Shown piece after piece: positions 7,527 through 12,865 of a stretch of DNA of 12,865 nt. Below the pieces are notes generated by a model that did no database searches, was not told the origin of the DNA, and worked only from the letters and a program-made list of their open reading frames with translations. The position numbers were made by a program, and so were the translations under genes. Positions within the stretch are counted from its first letter, which is position 1, and each line of letters starts with the position of its first letter. The stretch comes from Candidatus Methylomirabilia bacterium (lineage in GTDB: Bacteria > Methylomirabilota > Methylomirabilia > Rokubacteriales > CSP1-6), in NCBI GenBank assembly GCA_046758965.1, contig JBHIBG010000079.1:1-12865 (forward strand). The letters run 5' to 3'.

Positions 7527-8270
7527 TCAGCCCGGAGGCTGCTCCACTCCGGGAATCAACTCGAGGAGTGTGCGGCGAAGGCGGTGGTTCTCCAGAAGCT
7601 CGGGTCCCGGCCCTGAGAGCACCACCTGCCCCTCGTCCAGCAGGTAGGCGCGGTGGGCCAGGCGAAGGAGGCGGCGGACGTGCTGCCCGGCCGCCAGGAT
7701 GGTCATCCCCTCGGCGGTGGTCGCGCGGATCGCCCGGCAAAAGCGGTTGATCACCTGGCTCGCCAAGCCGAGGAACGGGTCGTCCAGGCAGAGCAAACGG
7801 GGTCGGGCCATGAGCCCCCGGGCCAGACACAGCATCTGCTGCTCGCCGCCGGAGAGAGCTGCGGCCTGAGCCGCTTGCTTTTCCTGGAGCACGGGAAAGA
7901 GGCCGAAGATCTGGCGGAGCGTTTCCTCCCGACGGGAGTAGGCGTCCGGCAGAAAGGCTCCCAATTCCAGGTTTTCCCGGATGGTCAGCGGAGCGAAGAG
8001 CCGCCGCCCCTCGGGGATCAGCGTGATTCCCCGCGCGGTGATCTGATAGGGCGGCTTCCCATCGATGCGCTCCCCCCGAAACCGGATCGCCCCGGCTCCG
8101 GGGGTCAGCAGCCCGCTGATCGTTCGGAGCAACGTGGATTTTCCAGCTCCGTTGGGCCCCACGAGCGCCACGAACTCGCCTTCCCGCACCTCCACCGAGC
8201 AGCCCTTGAGGACTCCCACGTCGTCGTATCCCACCGAGAGCTGTTCCACGCTGAGGAGCGGAGGGCTCAT
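7527..8270 (-). CDS. livF: LivF-like ABC ATP-binding subunit (HAAT family) with degenerate Walker B
   Basis: GPNGAGKST, IPEGRRLF, LSGGEQQML, LCLDDPFLGL; ATGA overlap with the livG-like gene. Confidence 0.85.
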   Translation of the reverse strand: MSPPLLSVEQLSVGYDDVGVLKGCSVEVREGEFVALVGPNGAGKSTLLRTISGLLTPGAGAIRFRGERIDGKPPYQITARGITLIPEGRRLFAPLTIRENLELGAFLPDAYSRREETLRQIFGLFPVLQEKQAAQAAALSGGEQQMLCLARGLMARPRLLCLDDPFLGLASQVINRFCRAIRATTAEGMTILAAGQHVRRLLRLAHRAYLLDEGQVVLSGPGPELLENHRLRRTLLELIPGVEQPPG

Positions 8271-9001
8271 GGAGTTTCGTCCTCACCCAGGTAGGCCTCC
8301 ACCACGCGCGCGGAGCTCAGCACATCCCCGGGACGTCCGTCGGCGACAAGAGCCCCCTGGTCCAGAACCAGGAGCCGATCCGCCACCTGGGCGAGCACCC
8401 TGAACGAGTGCTCGATCGCGAAAATCGTGAGGCCACGCTCGCGGAGCCGACCATAGAAGCGAATGACCTCCTCGCGCCCGTTCGGGGAGAGGCCTGAGGC
8501 CAGCTCGTCCAGCAGCAGGAGAGTGGGGCGCGTGGAGAGGGCCAGCGCGAGCTCAAGCCGCTTCCGCTCACCGAGCGAGAGAGCGCGCGCGGGCGTGTCC
8601 GCCTTGTCGATGAGCCCGACGACCGCCAGGAGCCGCTCGGCCTCGCGCCGGCGGTCCCGGGCACGAGCGTAGCGGTGTTGGCCGCGGAAGGTGATCCCGG
8701 CCAGGACGTTATCCAGCGCGGTGAGGTTGAGGAAGGGACGGGCGATCTGGAAGGTGCGGCCGATGCCGAGGCGAGCCAGCTCCCAGGGCGGAGAGTGGGT
8801 GATCCGGATTCCCTTGAACCAGGCCTCCCCTGCGGTGGGGTGGAGCAGCCCCGAGAGAATGTTAAAGAGCGTGGTCTTGCCCGATCCGTTGGGGCCGAGG
8901 AGCCCCACGAGCTGATGCGCTTCAACAGTGATCTCCACGCCCCGGAGGGCGAGGAGGCCGCCGAAGGCCATGGCAAGACCTCGCCCTTCAAGCAGAGGCA
9001 C
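8267..9001 (-). CDS. livG: LivG-like ABC ATP-binding subunit (HAAT family)
   Basis: FGGLLAL, GPNGSGKTT, GIGRTFQI, LSLGERKRLELA, LLLDE, IEH, and C-terminal VVEAYLG. Confidence 0.88.
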   Translation of the reverse strand: MPLLEGRGLAMAFGGLLALRGVEITVEAHQLVGLLGPNGSGKTTLFNILSGLLHPTAGEAWFKGIRITHSPPWELARLGIGRTFQIARPFLNLTALDNVLAGITFRGQHRYARARDRRREAERLLAVVGLIDKADTPARALSLGERKRLELALALSTRPTLLLLDELASGLSPNGREEVIRFYGRLRERGLTIFAIEHSFRVLAQVADRLLVLDQGALVADGRPGDVLSSARVVEAYLGEDETP

Positions 9002-9932
9002 GGCGTCGCCGCCTGAGAAGCCGGGCCAGCCCCCCGGGGAAGTAGAGGATCACCAAGACCAGCGCCAGGGCGTAAGGAAGCTGATGGAGCGCGGGGGCAT
9101 AGGGGTGGAAGAGCAACTCGCTCACCAGGTAGAGGACGAAGGCAGCGATGGCGGGCCCGAGGAGCGTGTGGAGGCCGCCCACCATGGCCATCACCAGCGG
9201 CAGGATCGAGAAGTGGCGGCTGAAGACCAAGTCGGGCTCCACGACCCTCACTGTGTGCACGTAGAGCCCTCCGGCCAGCGCCGTGAGCCACGCCGAGAGG
9301 GAAAAGGCCAGGAGCTTCCATGGGAGGGGGCGGAGGCCCAGGAGGCTCGCGCGCTCTTCTTCCTCCCTGACGGCAGCGAACGCCAGTCCTATCTTCGAGT
9401 GGAGCACGGCGAACAGGACGGCCAGGGCGAGGAGGAGTAAGGCGAGCGAGAGGTAGTAGCCACCCACTCGGCCCTGCGTAAGGCTGACGGGGAGCCACGG
9501 AAGCGGGGAGAGCGGCGGGATGCCGACGAGGCCGGCCCCGCCTCCGGAAAGGCCGGTCCAGTTCAGCGCCACCCCCCGCCACAGCTCAGCGTAGGCCAGG
9601 GTGGCCAGGGCCAGATAGGCGCCGCTCAGCCTGCCAGCGGCGAGGCCGATGCCGAGGGCTCCGACGGCCCCCATCGCCCCTCCGAACCCGATCGCCCACC
9701 ACGGTGACACCCCGGCAAGGGAGGTGAGAGCCGCGCCATACGCGCCGATGCCGAAGAACGCTGCATGGCCGAAGGAGATCTGGCCAGCGTAGGCGAGAAG
9801 GTTCCACGCTGTGGCCAGGGTCCCGAAGAGGAACGCGGTGGCGAAGAGGTAGAGGTAGTACGGGTGAAAACCCGCGAGTTGCGGGAACACGATCAGGAAG
9901 AGGACTCCGAGCGATGTCGCGAGCCAGGCCAT
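8988..9932 (-). CDS. livM: LivM-like ABC permease (HAAT family)
   Basis: WNLLAYAGQISFGHAAFFGIGAY, YLALATLAYAE, AVREEEERASLLG, MVGGLHTLLGP; highly hydrophobic. Confidence 0.88.
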   Translation of the reverse strand: MAWLATSLGVLFLIVFPQLAGFHPYYLYLFATAFLFGTLATAWNLLAYAGQISFGHAAFFGIGAYGAALTSLAGVSPWWAIGFGGAMGAVGALGIGLAAGRLSGAYLALATLAYAELWRGVALNWTGLSGGGAGLVGIPPLSPLPWLPVSLTQGRVGGYYLSLALLLLALAVLFAVLHSKIGLAFAAVREEEERASLLGLRPLPWKLLAFSLSAWLTALAGGLYVHTVRVVEPDLVFSRHFSILPLVMAMVGGLHTLLGPAIAAFVLYLVSELLFHPYAPALHQLPYALALVLVILYFPGGLARLLRRRRRASA

Positions 9933-9940
9933 GAAATCTC

Positions 9941-10810
9941 TCAGTGGCTCCGACCTCGGGCGAGCCCGCCCGGGCGCGCCAGAAGCGAACCGAGGAGCAG
10001 GACGGCAACCATCAGCTCGCGCCAGCTCGGTCCTGTCCAGACCACGGTCAGCGACTCGACCACGCCGAGCAGGACCCCCGCCATGAGCAGGCTCCTGAGG
10101 CGTCCCACCCCAGCCCAGATCGTCAGGACGATGGCCAGCACCGTCAGGTCCACCCCGGCGGCCGGATAGAGGTAATGGAGGGTGGCGAAGAGCACGCCAG
10201 TGCCTCCCGCGAAGGCCAGGGCGAGCAGGAAGGTGGTTCGGGTCGCCTTGTCAACATTGATGCCGAGGAGGGCCGCGGCCTCCCGGTCGAGGCTGGTCGC
10301 GCGCACCGCGCGCCCCCAGCGCGTGTGCGTGAGAGCGAGCCAGAGCCCGCCGATCGCGGCGAGGGCGGCGGCGGCGACAAAGAGGCGTCCCTGGTTGAGG
10401 CTCACGCCGCCGACACGCACGCTTCCCGTCAGCGAGGCACTGGCGATCAGATGATAGTCGCCGCGCCAGAGCGCGAGCATCGCGTTCTGGAGGAGCAGGG
10501 AGAGGCCAAAGGTCAGCACCAGGCTGTTCAGTTCCTTGGGTTCGGGAAGCCGGTCGAAGAGCCAGTGCCAGAGGAGTGCGAGGGGAAGCAACGCCGTGGC
10601 GGCCACCGGGACGAGGAAGAGCGGGTGGAGTCCGGACCCGATCCAGAGCCAGTAGCCCAGGTAGCCGCCGAGGATGATCAGCTCGCCGTGGGCCAGGTTC
10701 AGCGCACGCGTGACACCGAGGATCAAGGAGAAGCCCAGCGCCATGAGGGTGTAAAAGCACCCCAGCAACGCGCCGGAGGCCAGCGCCTGGACCAGCGTTG
10801 TCAGCGACAC
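9941..10810 (-). CDS. livH: LivH-like ABC permease (HAAT family)
   Basis: GALLGCFYTLMALGFSLILGVTRALNLAHGE and TRWGRAVRATSLDREAAALLGIN; GTG start with weak SD. Confidence 0.88.
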   Translation of the reverse strand: MSLTTLVQALASGALLGCFYTLMALGFSLILGVTRALNLAHGELIILGGYLGYWLWIGSGLHPLFLVPVAATALLPLALLWHWLFDRLPEPKELNSLVLTFGLSLLLQNAMLALWRGDYHLIASASLTGSVRVGGVSLNQGRLFVAAAALAAIGGLWLALTHTRWGRAVRATSLDREAAALLGINVDKATRTTFLLALAFAGGTGVLFATLHYLYPAAGVDLTVLAIVLTIWAGVGRLRSLLMAGVLLGVVESLTVVWTGPSWRELMVAVLLLGSLLARPGGLARGRSH

Positions 10811-10838
10811 CGCACTTGCCCGATCATGCTCCCTCGAA

Positions 10839-10868
10839 TTGACAACAAACGCGCCCCGATACTACTGT
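10839..10868 (+). promoter_or_regulatory. Sigma70-like promoter pointing away from livH
   Basis: TTGACA (10839-10844), an 18-nt spacer, then TACTGT (10863-10868). Confidence 0.45.
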
Positions 10869-10952
10869 ACGCCACCCTTCATTCTCCTCCGGAATACTTT
10901 GCCCAGGAAATGTCGGCACTTCTGAAGCATCGACGCCAGCCCGTCTGCCGCC

Positions 10953-10971
10953 TGCTACCATTTTGCTACCA
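10953..10971. repeat. Phased direct repeat TGCTACCA-TTT-TGCTACCA
   Basis: Identical 8-mers at 10953-10960 and 10964-10971, period 11 bp. Confidence 0.75.
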
Positions 10972-10995
10972 CTTGTCTCGTCCAGCCGGTCCACG

Positions 10996-11106
10996 ATGGC
11001 GGTATTGCCCATTGGGAGCCTCGGCCACGGCGCCTCCCTCAGGGCTGTCGCCCGGAGGCTCGGGGTTCATCCGAGTGCGGTCAGCCGGGCCCTGAGAGCT
11101 GGCTAG
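10996..11106 (+). other. 36-aa micro-ORF or gene remnant encoding a helix-turn-helix
   Basis: MAVLPIGSLGHGASLRAVARRLGVHPSAVSRALRAG*. The SLRAVARRLGVHPSAVSRAL part fits the HTH pattern. The stop TAG is part of the CTAG at 11103-11106. Confidence 0.5.
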
Positions 11107-11210
11107 GACCTGTCGCAAAACCCTCTTTCCGCCCAGCCTGTAACTACCTGTCAAACAGACCCGCTCGCCACGGCTTTTGAGTCGTCGCAAAGGAGTTCTT
11201 TTGCGATACC
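11103..11210. mobile_element. Degenerate MITE or IS-end remnant
   Basis: CTAGGACCTGTCGCAAAACC (11103-11122) matches the left end of the 11264 element at 16/20. TCGCAAAA (11113-11120) is complementary to TTTTGCGA (11199-11206). Confidence 0.4.
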
Positions 11211-11263
11211 GGCACGCCGGGGACACGACAGCGATGACGGGGGTTGGGGTGGGCCTGAACTCA

Positions 11264-11337
11264 CTAGAACTTGTTTCAAAACCTGCCTAACTCTTTGATT
11301 TTCTTGGCCTAATGTGGGGTTTTGAAACCACTTCTAG
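11264..11337. mobile_element. 74-bp MITE-like element bounded by CTAG, with terminal inverted repeats and an internal IHF consensus
   Basis: Left end CTAGAACTTGTTTCAAAACC; right end GGTTTTGAAACCACTTCTAG (18/20 inverted match, counting CTAG). TAACTCTTTGATT at 11288-11300 reads AATCAAAGAGTTA on the minus strand, which equals WATCAANNNNTTR. The element is AT-rich in GC-rich surroundings. Confidence 0.7.
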
Positions 11338-11510
11338 CCTTCTCTGTGTGGCCCGAGCCCGCACACGCTCGCGCAGACACCGCAAGCGCCGAGGGTGGCC
11401 CCGACGCCCGTGGGATGCGTGGCGTGTTCCGACTCCTCGCGGCTAGCATCAAGCCGAGCCAGGCCAGAGCTGAAGTCGGCCGACCCCTACCGCCAGGTCG
11501 ATGGTGAACC

Positions 11511-12062
11511 TTATCGCTTCACCCTCGCGATCGCGGCTCCGATCACCTCATCGGGCTTCCATCCGTTCTTCTTGAACTCGGGGAAGAAGGGATCGGGATC
11601 GCCCTTTGGCTCCCCGTGACACCGCATGCACCACTCACCGGACTTGATTGGTCGGGCGTGATATGCGTAGTCCGGCGTGGAGGTGGCAACGGGCTCCCCC
11701 GTCCGGAGCACCTCGGCTAGTAAACGCTCCTCGACGGGATCCGCAGGCTCATTCTTCTCGTTGCGGGGCTCCTCGACAACCATACGCAGGTCGACAACGT
11801 CGCCATTGGTGGGATGGATGCCGAGGCCCGCGAGGCCGGCGGGGAGAACCGCGTTGGCGGATAGGACGCGGCGATACAGCTTGTTGGGAAGCCACCAGAG
11901 GTTGTTCACCTCGTCTGTCTTGGTGAAGTGCTTCGCGACTGCGGCCCGGATGTTGATGATGACTTGGCTGAGGACAGCGGCCACCTCCTCCGGGCTGGCT
12001 TTGGCGGGTCCGGGGGAAAGCATCAGCGAACCTGCGACGGCGATGATGACGACTCTCCTCAT
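11511..12062 (-). CDS. Secreted DUF3365 (Tll0287-like) c-type heme protein (183 aa)
   Basis: Signal peptide ending AKA; PRNEKNEPADPVEERLL; CMRCHGEP heme motif; GWKPDEVIGA; SD GGAGGT upstream. Confidence 0.82.
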   Translation of the reverse strand: MRRVVIIAVAGSLMLSPGPAKASPEEVAAVLSQVIINIRAAVAKHFTKTDEVNNLWWLPNKLYRRVLSANAVLPAGLAGLGIHPTNGDVVDLRMVVEEPRNEKNEPADPVEERLLAEVLRTGEPVATSTPDYAYHARPIKSGEWCMRCHGEPKGDPDPFFPEFKKNGWKPDEVIGAAIARVKR

Positions 12063-12083
12063 CGTGTGTTACCTCCACCTCAG

Positions 12084-12224
12084 CTAAGTGACCATTAAGA
12101 ACTCCTGCCGGAGTGCAGGGGAATCCCGCAACACCTCCGAGTACGCTGCGGAGTAGCGGATGTCATCCTCTTCGTGACCAACGAGGGCGTCGTAGAGTTG
12201 TGCAGGGACCCGAATCAGGGGCAT
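12084..12224 (-). CDS. Small hypothetical protein, 46 aa (absent from the ORF track)
   Basis: MPLIRVPAQLYDALVGHEEDDIRYSAAYSEVLRDSPALRQEFLMVT*. SD GGGGAGG lies 5 nt before the ATG, a promoter lies just upstream, and the stop is 21 nt before the DUF3365 start. Confidence 0.62.
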   Translation of the reverse strand: MPLIRVPAQLYDALVGHEEDDIRYSAAYSEVLRDSPALRQEFLMVT

Positions 12225-12262
12225 TGCTGCCTCCCCTGAGGGCGGACTACGGTTGTGCGGGC

Positions 12263-12291
12263 ATTCTGTGCTTCCGCCTGACGACTGTCAA
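12263..12291 (-). promoter_or_regulatory. Sigma70 promoter for the 46-aa ORF and DUF3365 gene
   Basis: Minus strand TTGACA (12291-12286), 17-nt spacer, CAGAAT (12268-12263). Confidence 0.65.
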
Positions 12292-12298
12292 GATGGCC

Positions 12299-12327
12299 TT
12301 GACCCCTCGCCGCCCTGGGGCTAAGTT
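12299..12327 (+). promoter_or_regulatory. Sigma70 promoter for the cyclase gene
   Basis: TTGACC (12299-12304), 17-nt spacer, TAAGTT (12322-12327). Confidence 0.6.
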
Positions 12328-12378
12328 GGCGGCAACGTTTCCCGCCCTTCACCGGCCCGGCCAGTTGGAGGCCCGGCT

Positions 12379-12865
12379 ATGAAGTGTCCTCGGTGCCAGG
12401 CCGAGAACCTCGCTGGTCAGAAATTCTGCGGGGAATGTGGAGCACGACTCGCATCCGTTTGCCCTGCCTGCGGGACGCCTAATCCTCCTGCGCAGAAGTT
12501 CTGCGGGGAGTGCGGAGCACCGCTGACCCAGGCCCCATCGGCGACGAAGTTCGGCTCCCCCGAAACCTACACCCCCAAACACCTCGCCGAGAGGATCCTC
12601 ACCTCCAAGAGCGCGCTAGAGGGCAAGCGCAAACAGGTCACGGTGCTGTTCGCGGACCTGAAGGGGTCCATGGAGCTCTTGGCCGACCGGGACCCCGAGG
12701 AGGCGCGGAAGCTCCTCGACCCGGTGCTGGAGCGCATGATGGAGGCCGTCCACCGCTACGAGGGGACCGTGAACCAGGTCATGGGCGACGGGATCATGGC
12801 GCTCTTCGGGGCGCCCCTGGCCCATGAGGACCATGCGGTACGGGCGTGCTACGCGGCGCTCAGGA
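12379..12865 (+). CDS. Double-zinc-ribbon class III adenylate/guanylate cyclase protein (5' part; runs off the window)
   Basis: SD GGAGG at 12367-12371. MKCPRCQAEN...FCGECG...CPACG...FCGECG gives four CxxC motifs. The cyclase domain follows with RKQVTVLFADLKGS and QVMGDGIMALFGAP (both metal-binding Asp present). No stop occurs in the window, so the ORF track misses it. Confidence 0.92.
   Translation, partial: MKCPRCQAENLAGQKFCGECGARLASVCPACGTPNPPAQKFCGECGAPLTQAPSATKFGSPETYTPKHLAERILTSKSALEGKRKQVTVLFADLKGSMELLADRDPEEARKLLDPVLERMMEAVHRYEGTVNQVMGDGIMALFGAPLAHEDHAVRACYAALR

Noticed and set aside
10824..11012. 62-aa minus-strand ORF as a remnant of the missing binding protein
   Set aside because: No resemblance to LivK-type sequences that I can recognise, and no signal peptide.
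10811..11510. tRNA, riboswitch, CRISPR array or integron attC in the long intergenic region
   Set aside because: No cloverleaf, regularly spaced repeats or recognisable aptamer consensus by eye. An Rfam/Infernal scan would be needed to exclude them fully.
12418..12520. Near-identical 28-bp repeats CAGAARTTCTGCGGGGARTGYGGAGCAC
   Set aside because: They encode the two QKFCGECGA units of the double zinc ribbon. They are not CRISPR or non-coding repeats.

Overview
A GC-rich bacterial window in four parts. (1) 1-5314 is a lower-GC defence segment: a decayed gene for a coiled-coil/2-TM protein, then a type III restriction-modification operon with a hicB-hicA toxin-antitoxin pair between mod and res. 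mod is frameshifted near its 5' end, and a hairpin hides the res start. (2) 5382-10810 holds a benzoate/2-aminobenzoate-type acyl-CoA ligase, converging on a LIV/HAAT ABC cluster (livH-livM-livG-livF-like, no binding-protein gene, degenerate LivF Walker B) and a monoheme cytochrome c. (3) 10811-11510 is intergenic, with an outward sigma70-like promoter, a phased direct repeat, a 36-aa HTH micro-ORF and CTAG-bounded MITE-like ends, one pair enclosing a perfect IHF consensus. (4) 11511-12865 has back-to-back divergent promoters. One drives an unannotated 46-aa ORF plus a secreted DUF3365 c-heme protein; the other drives a double-zinc-ribbon class III nucleotide cyclase that runs off the window. 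The gene style is reminiscent of Rokubacteria/Methylomirabilota (inference only). I saw no tRNA, rRNA or CRISPR array. All family calls come from recognising motifs by eye; no database search was run.
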